Shown here: positions 35,880 to 45,205 of the stretch, piece by piece | How positions within the stretch are numbered: position 1 is the first letter of the stretch | Layout of the letters: every line of letters starts with the position of its first letter | Assembly (NCBI GenBank): GCA_965204725.1 | Contig: OZ242005.1 | Coordinates: forward strand, 1,376,001-1,440,000 | Length of the DNA: 64,000 nt | Source of the DNA: Candidatus Latescibacterota bacterium | Lineage (GTDB): Bacteria; Latescibacterota; UBA2968; UBA8231 | Direction: 5' to 3' | Translations under genes and position numbers: made by a program | Notes under the pieces: model-generated | The model's input: only the letters and a program-made list of their open reading frames with translations | What the model was told of the DNA's origin: nothing | Database searches by the model: none

Positions 35880-36568
35880 ACGACAAAATTCTAGTGGTGG
35901 AGGACGAGCCCGACATCCTCGAATTGGTCGCGTACCATCTAGAACAGTCCGGTTTTGCGGTCGCGCTGGCCGAGGACGGCGAGCAGGCCCTGAGTGCGAT
36001 TGAGCGCGAGCGGGTCGGCCTCGTGGTCTTGGATTTGATGCTGCCGGGCATCAGCGGCTTGGAGGTCTGCCGCCGCCTCAAGCAAACGCCCCGCACCAAG
36101 GACCTCCCGGTCTTGATGCTGACGGCGCGGGCCGAAGAGGTGGACCGCGTCGTTGGGCTGGAACTGGGCGCGGACGATTACTTGGTCAAGCCCTTTTCCC
36201 CCCGCGAGCTGGTCTTGCGCATCCGCGCCATATTGCGCCGCATTGAGGGGAGCGGCGAAGCGGAAGCCGCCCAGATCGCGGCCGGTCCCTTGGTCATTGA
36301 CCTCGTGGGATGTCAGGTGCAACTCGGGCGCGATCCCATTGAGCTGACGGCGACCGAGTTCAAGCTCTTGACGACCCTAGCGCAGCGGCGCGGCCGGGTG
36401 CAGTCGCGGGAGGAGTTGCTCAAGGTGGTGTGGGGCTACGAGTACATTGGGTATCACCGCACGGTGGATACGCACATCCGCCGCCTGCGGGAAAAGCTCG
36501 GGCCGGCCGCCGAGCTGGTCGAAACCGTGCGCGGCATGGGCTATCGCTTTCGCCGAGAGGATCGCTGA
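35876..36568 (+). CDS. phoB: OmpR-family response regulator PhoB
   Basis: VVEDE, LDLMLPG, GADDYLVKPF, RTVDTHIRRLR; within the pst-phoU operon. Confidence 0.9.
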   Translation: MNDKILVVEDEPDILELVAYHLEQSGFAVALAEDGEQALSAIERERVGLVVLDLMLPGISGLEVCRRLKQTPRTKDLPVLMLTARAEEVDRVVGLELGADDYLVKPFSPRELVLRIRAILRRIEGSGEAEAAQIAAGPLVIDLVGCQVQLGRDPIELTATEFKLLTTLAQRRGRVQSREELLKVVWGYEYIGYHRTVDTHIRRLREKLGPAAELVETVRGMGYRFRREDR

Positions 36569-36569
36569 G

Positions 36570-37883
36570 GTGCGTCTGGGGTGGATGTTGCTCCTGAGCA
36601 ACGCGCTCTGGGCCGCGCTCGTGTGGTGGAGCGACAACCTTGCGTTCGCGCTCGTGCTGACCGCGCTCTGGACTGGCGGCCAAATCTGGTTGTGGGACCG
36701 CGCGGCCCGGCGGCAGGGAACGCGGGTGCGCCAACTCGACGAAGCGGCGCTCGGTGGCCCTGCTTGGGTGGAGGGGTTTCATCCCGAGTTGGCAGGTGCC
36801 TTGGAGGACCTCGCCGAGCGCATTCAACAGCGCGTCCAGCGGCTAGAGCGCGAAAAGAGCCGCTTAGAGGTCATCCTCGAAAGCATTACCGAGGCCATCT
36901 TGGTCGTCGATCGCGACAGCCGGGTGGTGCTGGCCAACAAGGCGCTGGCCAACCTGTTTGGCTTAAACTCGCCGCTAGAGGGGCTGTTGACCGTTGAGGT
37001 CGTGCGGTACGCGGCCATCCAAGATGCGCTGGCTAGGTGTTTGGCCGAAGGGCGAAGCCGAGCAATGGAAGTGGAACTGACCGGCGTCCCGGAGTGCCAT
37101 TTAGACCTGCAAGTCGCGCCCGTCCTCGACGGGAACGAGTGCATCGGTGCGGTGGCGGTCCTCTACGATATTACGCGCCTGCGCCAACTAGAGCGGATGC
37201 GCCGCGACTTTGTAGCCAACGTGTCCCACGAGTTGCGTACGCCGTTGGCGGCCATTAAGGGCTATGCCGAGATTTTATCCGACGGCGCGCTCGACGACCG
37301 GGCGACCGCCCGCCGCTTCACCGGCATCATCGAAAATCACGCCGATCGCCTGACGCACCTGCTCGGCGACTTGCTCGACCTGTCGCGGCTAGAGTCGGAC
37401 CAGTTGGAGGTTGAGCTGGCCCCTTGCCCGCTAAAGCGCTTGGTCGATACGTCCGTTGGTTCGGTCGGCCAAGCGGCCGCGCAAAAGCAAATCGCCCTTC
37501 ACAGCGACATTCCGCCCGCTGTCAAGGTGATCTGCGATGCCAAGTTGATCGAACAAGCCCTCATCAACTTGCTCGACAACGCCATCAAGTACACGCCCGT
37601 CGGCGGGCAAGTCCGCATTGGCACGCGGCCGGTAGAGGGAACGGATCGCCTGACGATTTACGTCAAAGACACCGGCATTGGCATCCCTTCCGAGGACTTG
37701 GGCCGGATTTTCGAGCGTTTCTACCGGGTTGATAAGGGGCGCTCGGGCGTCCTCGGCGGCACGGGCTTGGGATTGTCCATCGTGCGCCATATTGCCGAGG
37801 TCCACGGCGAGCAGGTGAGCGTCCAGAGCACGTTAGGAGAGGGGACGACCTTCAGCTTTGAACTGCAAAGCCGCATTGTTTAA
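36570..37883 (+). CDS. phoR: PAS sensor histidine kinase PhoR
   Basis: GTG start 36570; TM, PAS, RRDFVANVSHELRTPL, NLLDNAIKY, IFERFYRVD, GGTGLGL. Confidence 0.9.
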   Translation: MRLGWMLLLSNALWAALVWWSDNLAFALVLTALWTGGQIWLWDRAARRQGTRVRQLDEAALGGPAWVEGFHPELAGALEDLAERIQQRVQRLEREKSRLEVILESITEAILVVDRDSRVVLANKALANLFGLNSPLEGLLTVEVVRYAAIQDALARCLAEGRSRAMEVELTGVPECHLDLQVAPVLDGNECIGAVAVLYDITRLRQLERMRRDFVANVSHELRTPLAAIKGYAEILSDGALDDRATARRFTGIIENHADRLTHLLGDLLDLSRLESDQLEVELAPCPLKRLVDTSVGSVGQAAAQKQIALHSDIPPAVKVICDAKLIEQALINLLDNAIKYTPVGGQVRIGTRPVEGTDRLTIYVKDTGIGIPSEDLGRIFERFYRVDKGRSGVLGGTGLGLSIVRHIAEVHGEQVSVQSTLGEGTTFSFELQSRIV

Positions 37884-38244
37884 GGCCGCGATAGGGTGCT
37901 GGGCGTTGGCCGCGTTGGCGGCTGGCTGTGCTGGCGAGCGCGACGACGCCCAAGCCGCGGCGGGTAAGGCCCTGTTTACTCGCAATGGGTGCGCGGTGTG
38001 CCACGGCCCAGATGGACGCGGCGATGGTCAAGTCGCAGCGACGCTCCGGCCGCCCCCCCGCGATTTCCGCGATCCGGCCGCCTACAAAAATGGCCACAGC
38101 GCGGCGGCCATTGCCCGGACGATTGAGAAGGGAGTGCCCGGTACGGCCATGCCGGGCTATCCGCATCTCGCGGCCGAGGACCGCACGCAGATTGCCGCTT
38201 ACATCCGCTCTTTGGTAAAGAAGGAAGATGAAGACACGCCTTAG
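37876..38244 (+). CDS. Monoheme c-type cytochrome, probable lipoprotein
   Basis: CAVCH heme motif, GTAMPG axial Met, lipobox LAAGC; TTG start uncertain. Confidence 0.82.
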   Translation: MFKAAIGCWALAALAAGCAGERDDAQAAAGKALFTRNGCAVCHGPDGRGDGQVAATLRPPPRDFRDPAAYKNGHSAAAIARTIEKGVPGTAMPGYPHLAAEDRTQIAAYIRSLVKKEDEDTP

Positions 38245-39322
38245 CTTTTTGCTCACAGTCGCACTCGTCCCGCTGTTTGTTGCCGCTCCCAACCCCGTTC
38301 GCGCCCACAAGCTCAATACCAGCTACACGAATTTGATCGCCGAGGACGCCGCGCTCAAAGTGCGGGTGCGCCTCGACGATTTCGACCTCCTGAAAATCGG
38401 TATTGATCAAGACGGGGACAGCCTGCTGTTCTACGAAGAGTTGGAGGCCGGCCTCGACGACGCATTCGCCTTTGTCGAAGGACATATTCGGCTGAAGGCG
38501 GATGGCCAGCCGCTCTCCTTGGTGCGCGGCAGCGGGGACATCACCCCGGACAACAAGGGGAACATGTTTGCCAACCTGTACTTCAGTGCCGAGTTAGAGG
38601 CCCCGGTCGGCGCGTTGGAGGTGTGGATTGGCTGGCCGGAGCGCTTTGGGGACGCGCACAAAAACTTGGCCCGAATCTCGTTGCCCGGGCAGCCGCTGGT
38701 CCAAGCCGTGTTCTCGGCCGAGTCGCCGCAGCAGACCTTTGCCGGGCAGCAATCGCTGTGGGAGCAGCTATTCGAGTTTGCGGCCCTCGGGGTGGAGCAC
38801 ATTTTCCTCGGCTACGACCACGTCCTGTTTCTGCTGGCGCTGATTGTGGTCGGCGGTCGGCTGCTCAGTCTGGTCAAGGTCGTCACAGCCTTTACCGTGG
38901 CCCACAGCATCACCCTCTGCTTGGCGGCCCTTGAAATCGTCCGCCTGCCGAGCGAGTGGATCGAGGCGGGCATCGCCTTGAGCATCGTGTACGTCGCGGC
39001 GGAAAATTTCTGGCTCAAGCGCCCGGATCACCGCTGGACGATCACCTTTGCTTTTGGGCTGGTCCACGGGTTTGGCTTCGCCAATGTGCTGCGCGAGTTG
39101 GGGCTGCCGACGCACGGGCTGGTTGCCTCGCTGTTTGCGTTCAACGCCGGCGTGGAAATCGGCCAAATAGGCATCGTCGCGCTCGTCTTTCCGTTGATCG
39201 CTTGGCTGGGCCGACAGTCTTATCAGCGGACAGTTGTTTTGGTGGTGTCGGCCGTGATTGGGCTTTTTGGGGTGGGTTGGTTTGTCGAGCGGGTTTTTGG
39301 GCTGGAGTATATGCCGCTGTGA
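38228..39322 (+). CDS. HupE/UreJ-family membrane protein with N-terminal periplasmic domain
   Basis: Signal ..AH, GVEHIFLGYDHVLF, TAFTVAHSITL, FGLVHGFGFA, FNAGVEIGQ. Confidence 0.9.
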   Translation: MKTRLSFLLTVALVPLFVAAPNPVRAHKLNTSYTNLIAEDAALKVRVRLDDFDLLKIGIDQDGDSLLFYEELEAGLDDAFAFVEGHIRLKADGQPLSLVRGSGDITPDNKGNMFANLYFSAELEAPVGALEVWIGWPERFGDAHKNLARISLPGQPLVQAVFSAESPQQTFAGQQSLWEQLFEFAALGVEHIFLGYDHVLFLLALIVVGGRLLSLVKVVTAFTVAHSITLCLAALEIVRLPSEWIEAGIALSIVYVAAENFWLKRPDHRWTITFAFGLVHGFGFANVLRELGLPTHGLVASLFAFNAGVEIGQIGIVALVFPLIAWLGRQSYQRTVVLVVSAVIGLFGVGWFVERVFGLEYMPL

Positions 39323-39419
39323 GCGCGGGCGGCGTTGACTGGCAGATAGCTTGAGCGGACGGGGTTTAGGCGGTACATTGGGCCTCCCCCGTTCCACATA
39401 CTACCCATATCGAGGCTAT

Positions 39420-39680
39420 ATGAGCAAAACGTGGCAGGTGCAAGAGGCAAAGGCGCGATTTGGCGAATTTCTCGAGGCGAGTCTAAAAGAGGGGCCGCAG
39501 ATCGTGACCAACCGCGGCGTGGAGACGGCTGTGCTCGTCCCCATAGCTCAATGGCGGAGGTTGGAGAAGCGGGCCGAGCCAACCTTGAAGGACTTGATTC
39601 TGGCGTCCGGGGCCAAGACGGAATCCCTTACTCCCCCGCGCCATCGCCACCGCCATCGGGCCACGCGGGTCTTTGAGTAG
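39420..39680 (+). CDS. Phd/YefM-family antitoxin
   Basis: WQVQEAKARFGE..EGPQIVTNRG..AVLV. Confidence 0.9.
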   Translation: MSKTWQVQEAKARFGEFLEASLKEGPQIVTNRGVETAVLVPIAQWRRLEKRAEPTLKDLILASGAKTESLTPPRHRHRHRATRVFE

Positions 39681-39685
39681 GCTTC

Positions 39686-39803
39686 GTGTATCTCCTCGAC
39701 ACCAACGTCGTCTCGGAGTTGCGCCGTCCTAGGCCGCATGGAGCCGTGTTGCGTTGGATCAAAAACCTACCTGCTGATCAGCTTTTTCTCTCTGCCGTCA
39801 CAC
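39686..39803 (+). pseudogene. vapC: Truncated VapC/PIN toxin (about 39 codons left)
   Basis: MYLLDTNVVSELRRPRPHGAV..LFLSAVT, then PIN similarity stops abruptly. Confidence 0.8.
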
Positions 39804-39807
39804 GACC

Positions 39808-39971
39808 GTTGACCGCTCCGACCAGAACGCTGATTGACATTCACAAGTCTTTGATCTCTTGGCTTGGCCAACATTCAACTGGCTGTCCTTTGCAGGGTTC
39901 AAAAGAAATTTGGGTTTATATGTCCATACATCTGTTCACCCGAAGAACTCGGCGGAGGATCAGATGATTGA
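39808..39971 (+). pseudogene. Remnant of a second PIN-family toxin
   Basis: LTAPTRTLI resembles the LTARPSRDLI N-terminus; another frame (39864-39971) gives LAN..FGFICPYICSPEEL*, matching the P.ICTPEEL C-terminus of that family. Confidence 0.6.
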
Positions 39972-40134
39972 AGATCCGATTGTTGAGGAAATTCGCCAGC
40001 ACCGCAAGGCTCATGCTGCCGAACATAGAAATGACCTTGAGCGCATTGTTCACGCACTTCGCAAGCGGGAACGGAAATCGGATCGCCCGCTGTTGAATCC
40101 GGGGCCAAAGAAGCGACAATACCCGTTGGGATAG
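39964..40134 (+). CDS. Small DPIVEEIR-type protein, usual downstream partner of that PIN family (putative antitoxin)
   Basis: MIEDPIVEEIRQHRKAHA..DL..I; GGAGG RBS. Confidence 0.7.
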   Translation: MIEDPIVEEIRQHRKAHAAEHRNDLERIVHALRKRERKSDRPLLNPGPKKRQYPLG

Positions 40135-40165
40135 GCCAGATTGGTTTTGGAAAGGGGAAGTCGCT

Positions 40166-40372
40166 CTACTCCGGCTTGGCCTTAGCTACTAACGCCCCCC
40201 GCGACCCCTCAATGAGACCCTCAATACGAGCCACCCGCTCGCCAAGTTCCGCAATATCCGAGCTCAGGTTCCACGAAAACGCAAGAATAGCCAATAGACC
40301 TGCTAGATTGAGCCACCCCAATCCCACCTGAAGACCTTGAGGGGGCTGGGTATCAGCATGAGAGGACTCCAT
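40166..40372 (-). CDS. Small TM + coiled-coil hypothetical protein
   Basis: GGAGG RBS, one TM helix, then IAELGERVARIEGLIEG. Confidence 0.65.
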   Translation of the reverse strand: MESSHADTQPPQGLQVGLGWLNLAGLLAILAFSWNLSSDIAELGERVARIEGLIEGSRGALVAKAKPE

Positions 40373-40399
40373 TTTTGACCTCCATTTTGTTTGGTACAG

Positions 40400-40427
40400 A
40401 GTATATGCGGCCAAGGCTGAGTGTCAA
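40400..40427 (-). promoter_or_regulatory. Putative sigma70 promoter for the 40372 gene
   Basis: TTGACA-16 bp-TATACT on the minus strand. Confidence 0.55.
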
Positions 40428-40464
40428 AAACCCAGCGAGCGATTGGCCCTTTTCCGGTTAGCGA

Positions 40465-41595
40465 CTAGAAATCCGCGAATGCGCCGTCCTCGGGGTGGCG
40501 GCGCATCGTCCGCTGTCGCCACGGGCCGCGGTGAGTAGCCGCCTCTAACCCCGCTGGTTCGATCTCTACGCCCAATCCCGGACCGCGCGGCAATTCCACA
40601 AATCCATCCTTCATTTGCAACGGGGCGGTGAAAAACCCTTCGCCGCCACCGCCGCCGTATTCCATGATGAGAAAGTTAGGCGTGCCGGCCATCGCGTGGA
40701 CGGAGGCGACGATGCCGAGGGGGTCGGCGGCGTTGTGGGGCGCGACCGCGATCTCGTGGACTTCGACTAAGGCGGCAATTTTCTTCATTTCGAGCAGGCC
40801 GCCGCAGTGGCGGATATCGGGCTGGATGATGGCCGCGGCCTTGCGCTCGCACAATTCGCGGAAGCCCCAGCGGGTCGCGCACCGCTCGCCAGTGGCGATG
40901 GGAATGGAGGTCGAGCGCGTCAGCTCCAGCAGCGGGCCGATATTGTCGGTGGAACGGGTCGGCTCCTCCACGAAGAGCGGCCTTAGCGGCTCAAGTTCGC
41001 GCAGGAGCACCTTGGCCAGCGCCGGGCTGGTGGCGCGGTGGAAGTCGATGGCGAGGTCAATGCCCGGGCCGATGGCTTCGCGCATGGCCGCAATCCGGGA
41101 CACGACCCGCTCGATCCCGGCTGGGGTCTCGATGGGGCGCACCGGCTCGGGGAAGGGAGTGGTTTTGAGGGCGGTAAAGCCTTCGGCGACGCGCTGGCGA
41201 GCGGCTTGCGCGGCTTGCTCTGGGGTCGCGCCGCCGGCCGCTCCATAGACTCGGATGCGCTCGCGTACCGCTCCGCCCAATAGCTGCCACACGGGTAGGC
41301 CCGCGGTTTTGCCCAACAGATCCAGACAGGCCATTTCAATGCCGCTGAGGGCCGCCAACAGGATCGGCATCTGCCGGGAATAGCTGGAGCGGTAGAGGGT
41401 CTGCCAGTGGTCTTCGATTTGCAGGGGATCGCGGCCGATCAGGTAATCGCCCATGTCGAGGATGGCCCGCTCCACCGTGCGTCCGTGTTCGTAGTTCATG
41501 GGCGCGCCCAAGCCCGTGAGACCGGCGTCGGTCTCGACTTGGAGCAAGAGGCCGCGATTGTTGAGCGGCGTAACGTCGAAGCGGGTTATTTTCAT
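40465..41595 (-). CDS. Enolase-superfamily acid-sugar dehydratase (DgoD-like)
   Basis: DLAIDFH, FVEEP, IATGER, QPDI.HCGG, APHN, PGLG. Confidence 0.88.
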   Translation of the reverse strand: MKITRFDVTPLNNRGLLLQVETDAGLTGLGAPMNYEHGRTVERAILDMGDYLIGRDPLQIEDHWQTLYRSSYSRQMPILLAALSGIEMACLDLLGKTAGLPVWQLLGGAVRERIRVYGAAGGATPEQAAQAARQRVAEGFTALKTTPFPEPVRPIETPAGIERVVSRIAAMREAIGPGIDLAIDFHRATSPALAKVLLRELEPLRPLFVEEPTRSTDNIGPLLELTRSTSIPIATGERCATRWGFRELCERKAAAIIQPDIRHCGGLLEMKKIAALVEVHEIAVAPHNAADPLGIVASVHAMAGTPNFLIMEYGGGGGEGFFTAPLQMKDGFVELPRGPGLGVEIEPAGLEAATHRGPWRQRTMRRHPEDGAFADF

Positions 41596-42575
41596 TGCAG
41601 CCACGCCTTGACCCGGGGATGGTCGAGGACCGCTGGGTTGAGGATGTGTTCGGGCGGGCGGGCGGTGATGGCGGCCTCGACTTGCTCAATACTCTTGGCG
41701 TCGAGGCGCATGGTGGATTCGACCGTAATGCCGGCGTTGTGGTTGGTGCAGACAATGCGCGGGTGGCCCTTGTGGATGGCGCGGGTGTCGTTGACTGGAT
41801 CGTCCACCACGTAATAATAGAGCTTTTCTTCCTCAATGGCTCGGTGGACGTCCGCGTCGCTGACGAGATTGCCCCGCGAGGGATTGATCAGGGAGGCGTG
41901 GGGCTGCATTAGGCTGAGCAGGTCGTAATGGACGATGGTCGCGTCGCCCGAGACGTGGAGCGAGACCGTGTCGCACTCGCGAAAGAGTGCTTGGGGAGAG
42001 TCGGCGACTTCGGCCCCGTATTGGGCGGCGATGTCGGCGATGTCGGGGCGGGTGTCATAGACGAGCAGGCGTCCCTCAGTGCCCAAAAGGGGCACGGCGC
42101 GTTGGGCCACCTCTTGGCCGATGCGCCCGCAGCCGTACAGGCCGAGGGTGGTGTGTTGGGCCTCATAGGTGCGGATGATGGAGAAGTCGCCCCGATGGGA
42201 GCAATGATTGAGGGTATAGACCCGCTTGAGGGTGGCCATCCACTGGGCAATGGCGTATTCGGCGACCGCGTCGGTATGGACCGGCGTCACCGTGATGATC
42301 ACTCCGTGCCGCGTGGCTGCTGGGACATTGACCTTGTCGAAGCCGACGCCCCAGCGGGCGACGATGCGTAAATTTTCAGCGGCCGCGTAAAATTCGTCCG
42401 TATAGACTGATGAGCTCGCGATAGAGGCGATCAGATCGGGGGCGTGTTCAGCGGTGAGCACGGCTGGCTCCGGGATGAGGGTGCCCAGCGAGCGGAGGTG
42501 TTCGAGGCCCTGTTCGCGCTCACGGGAGGCGAATTCGGCGTTTTGGAACTGGGCGGTCAGCATGATGTTCGGCAT
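41592..42575 (-). CDS. D-isomer-specific 2-hydroxyacid dehydrogenase family
   Basis: RWGVGFD, VAEY, GCGRIG, INPSRG, TNHNAG. Confidence 0.85.
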   Translation of the reverse strand: MPNIMLTAQFQNAEFASREREQGLEHLRSLGTLIPEPAVLTAEHAPDLIASIASSSVYTDEFYAAAENLRIVARWGVGFDKVNVPAATRHGVIITVTPVHTDAVAEYAIAQWMATLKRVYTLNHCSHRGDFSIIRTYEAQHTTLGLYGCGRIGQEVAQRAVPLLGTEGRLLVYDTRPDIADIAAQYGAEVADSPQALFRECDTVSLHVSGDATIVHYDLLSLMQPHASLINPSRGNLVSDADVHRAIEEEKLYYYVVDDPVNDTRAIHKGHPRIVCTNHNAGITVESTMRLDAKSIEQVEAAITARPPEHILNPAVLDHPRVKAWLQ

Positions 42576-42598
42576 GGATATTCCTTTTTGATTTTTGA

Positions 42599-43459
42599 TT
42601 AAGGGAGTTCGGCGGCGGCTGGAATTGAATCCATGGCCCCCGGGCGGGTGACGCACAAGGCCGCGGCCTGCACCGCCCGGGCCATGGCCGCTCGGGCCGT
42701 CATGTCGGCGGTCAGGCCCTGAAGAAAATAGCCGATGAAGGTGTCGCCTGCACCGGTCGTATCGATGGCTGCGACGGGCGGGGCTGGCAGGTGGAACTCC
42801 TCGGTTGGGGAGCGATACTGAGCACCAGCGGCCCCCAGCGTGAGCGCGATATGGGCGTGGGGACAGCGCACGGCCAGTGCCGCAAGCGTGGATGCGCCGG
42901 CAAGGCCAGCCGCCTCGATTTCATTGACGATGAGCAAATCGACCTGTTTGAGGGGATACGCGCAGACCGCTGGGCCAAAGGGCGCGGGGTTTAAGCATAT
43001 CGTCAGGCCCCGCTCGGCGGCCGCGGTGAGGATGTAGGCAACGTCGTTTATCTCGTTCTGCAAGAGGAGCAGGTCCCCGCGGCCAAAATGGCCTAGCGTG
43101 GCGTCTATGGCCTCCCGGTCTATTTGGGCATTGGCCCCGGCAAACAGGACGATGCTGTTTTGGCCTTGGCGGTCAACTTGGATAATGGCCTGCCCGGTCG
43201 GTGCGTCGCCGACGCGGATGTGCTGTACATCCACGCCTAGCCCGGCCAATTTATCGACCACCCATTGCCCGTCTGGCCCAACTTGGCCGGCGTGAAAGAC
43301 GCTCGCACCAGCCCGGGCCAGAGCCGCGGATTGATTGGCCCCTTTGCCCCCGGCAAAGACTTGGTGCGCCGAGCTGGCGATGGTCTCGCCCGGGCGGGCG
43401 ATATGCTCAACTTGGTACACGAGGTCGATGTTGAGCGAGCCGAAGTTGAGGATGTTCAT
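42599..43459 (-). CDS. rbsK: Ribokinase (PfkB family)
   Basis: GSLNID, GGKGANQ, LLQNE, NPAP, DTTGAGDTF. Confidence 0.85.
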   Translation of the reverse strand: MNILNFGSLNIDLVYQVEHIARPGETIASSAHQVFAGGKGANQSAALARAGASVFHAGQVGPDGQWVVDKLAGLGVDVQHIRVGDAPTGQAIIQVDRQGQNSIVLFAGANAQIDREAIDATLGHFGRGDLLLLQNEINDVAYILTAAAERGLTICLNPAPFGPAVCAYPLKQVDLLIVNEIEAAGLAGASTLAALAVRCPHAHIALTLGAAGAQYRSPTEEFHLPAPPVAAIDTTGAGDTFIGYFLQGLTADMTARAAMARAVQAAALCVTRPGAMDSIPAAAELP

Positions 43460-44478
43460 TGCGTTTGATAGAGCGCCTCTAAGTCCCGCAGCATGAACTC
43501 CATTTGCTCAGGACCTGTTTGACAGGTGCTGAACGATTGGACCGCGGCGTTGGCAATAGCGACCGACTGCTGTTCCTTGTCGATGCCGATGTAGCCCCTT
43601 CCTTCGCTCAGGGCGGCCAAGGCCGTCGTGCCGCTGCCCACAAAGCAATCGAGAACGGTGTCGCTTGGATCAGTAAACAGCTTGATCGCTCGCCGCGGCA
43701 ACTCGATGGGGAACTTGGAATCGTGATCTGAATTGCTGCGGACAGAGGGGATTTCCCAGACTCCTCTCGAACCCCAATCCACCCATTCTTTTTTTGTCAG
43801 CCGCGATCTATCTACTTTCGTTATACCCGGTTTCCAAAAGATGTACAGGTATTCGGACTCATCTACCGAGCGGTACGATATGGTGTGCCAGCGCGAGTTT
43901 TCCCAAGCGGCGTCTTTTACCCATAAGCGCCGATCGTATAAATAAAAGCCGGCGTCTGTTGCGGATTTTTCTATCAAGCCGCCCACTAGATAAACCCTTG
44001 TTTGGAGTTGGTACTTTCCGCCGCGAATGTTGTTGCCGTTGAGCCGCCGATCAATCGTTTGTTCGCTGCATCCAAAGTGCGCTGCGAGTTGGTATCGGTT
44101 CCAATCGGGATGCTGCTGTTTAGCTTCGAGAATGTTCTCTTTTGTCAGTGCGATTTTTCTGCGCGAAATGTTTTCTGCCATGATTTTCGGCATACTCTCG
44201 TCTTTGAAACACAGTATATCGGCGATGTTTATCACCAAAAAGCCGCCCGGCTTAATGATGGGAAAGTGTAGTTTGATCACCGTGTGCAAAAGTTTTTGCC
44301 AATCGTCAAAAGACAAGTCTCGTTCATATTCTTTGCCGACGTAGTAGGGCGGCGACCATATACTCAGGGCGATGGAGTCTCGCTCGATTTTCTTTAGAAG
44401 CTGCCGCGAGTCGCCGTGGTATATCTTGTTGGGGACGAGTGCATCAAGCACCCTTACGACTGCCATGATCCTGTACAC
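43456..44478 (-). CDS. Beta-class amino-DNA methyltransferase (probably m4C) with internal HTH-like insert
   Basis: WSPPY motif IV precedes DCFVGSGT motif I; insert NRYQLAAHFGCSEQTIDRRL; start could be 44478, 44466 or 44451. Confidence 0.9.
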   Translation of the reverse strand: MYRIMAVVRVLDALVPNKIYHGDSRQLLKKIERDSIALSIWSPPYYVGKEYERDLSFDDWQKLLHTVIKLHFPIIKPGGFLVINIADILCFKDESMPKIMAENISRRKIALTKENILEAKQQHPDWNRYQLAAHFGCSEQTIDRRLNGNNIRGGKYQLQTRVYLVGGLIEKSATDAGFYLYDRRLWVKDAAWENSRWHTISYRSVDESEYLYIFWKPGITKVDRSRLTKKEWVDWGSRGVWEIPSVRSNSDHDSKFPIELPRRAIKLFTDPSDTVLDCFVGSGTTALAALSEGRGYIGIDKEQQSVAIANAAVQSFSTCQTGPEQMEFMLRDLEALYQTQ

Positions 44479-45170
44479 TCCTTTTTTATTGGGTCATAAA
44501 TAAGTTTTTGAACTCGCCACGAAGCCTTGTCCTTTAATTTGTCAAAGCCCACTCGTACCCTAAAATCTTCGCCTAGTTGCGGTGCATTTCTACCCGCTAG
44601 CCAGAACCCATCGTCAACTGTTGGATTGTACGTTGCTTGCAATTTTCCGTTCGGAATAGCTGAGATAGTAACTTCGCTCAAGTGATGAGTACCGTTATCA
44701 TCAGAGTACATAAAATGAATGAGGCATGTCGTTGTCAGGTAATTCTTGCCTCCATATTTGGATATTTCTGGCAAAAATCCTTTTTCATCAACATTGACGC
44801 CAGACCGATGCTGTCTTACGCGCATGGAAGTCTGAGACATTTGGATCGTTGCAGTGCGATTTTCCTTCTCTGCTTTTGAGTCAATAAACAATGCTTGCCT
44901 AACGGTTTGGTCGGGTAAAATTACATATCTTGCCTTCTTGTAGTCAACCGTCCCGTACACTCTCTCTTGCACATTAAATCCCGCAAGCCGATCGAGTAGT
45001 TCTCGCGTTATGTCTTCGGCAATATCTTTAACGCGATCAGGCGATTTGAGGAATATCTCACGCGCTTCGATGCCAAAATCATAAACGGCTTGGAATATCC
45101 AGCGCAACGTGAGCCTTTCGATTTCCTCGATTTCCTCCAAGGATAGGGTGTTCGGATCCTTTTCTGTCAT
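44454..45170 (-). CDS. SfiI-family type II restriction endonuclease
   Basis: Matches my recollection of R.SfiI: LSLEE.E.IE..TL, AEDIT, DYK, D.KA, Q.SQ..M, YNP, AG, RVRV.FD.LK..WR.Q.L.Y; low GC; paired with an MTase. Confidence 0.82.
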   Translation of the reverse strand: MTEKDPNTLSLEEIEEIERLTLRWIFQAVYDFGIEAREIFLKSPDRVKDIAEDITRELLDRLAGFNVQERVYGTVDYKKARYVILPDQTVRQALFIDSKAEKENRTATIQMSQTSMRVRQHRSGVNVDEKGFLPEISKYGGKNYLTTTCLIHFMYSDDNGTHHLSEVTISAIPNGKLQATYNPTVDDGFWLAGRNAPQLGEDFRVRVGFDKLKDKASWRVQKLIYDPIKKECTGSWQS

Positions 45171-45205
45171 GTTTTTTATAACGGGAACGGGATAGGATGG
45201 TAACG

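Noticed and set aside
39686-39967. 93-aa ORF as an intact VapC
   Set aside because: PIN similarity ends at about codon 39, and later catalytic acidic residues are missing
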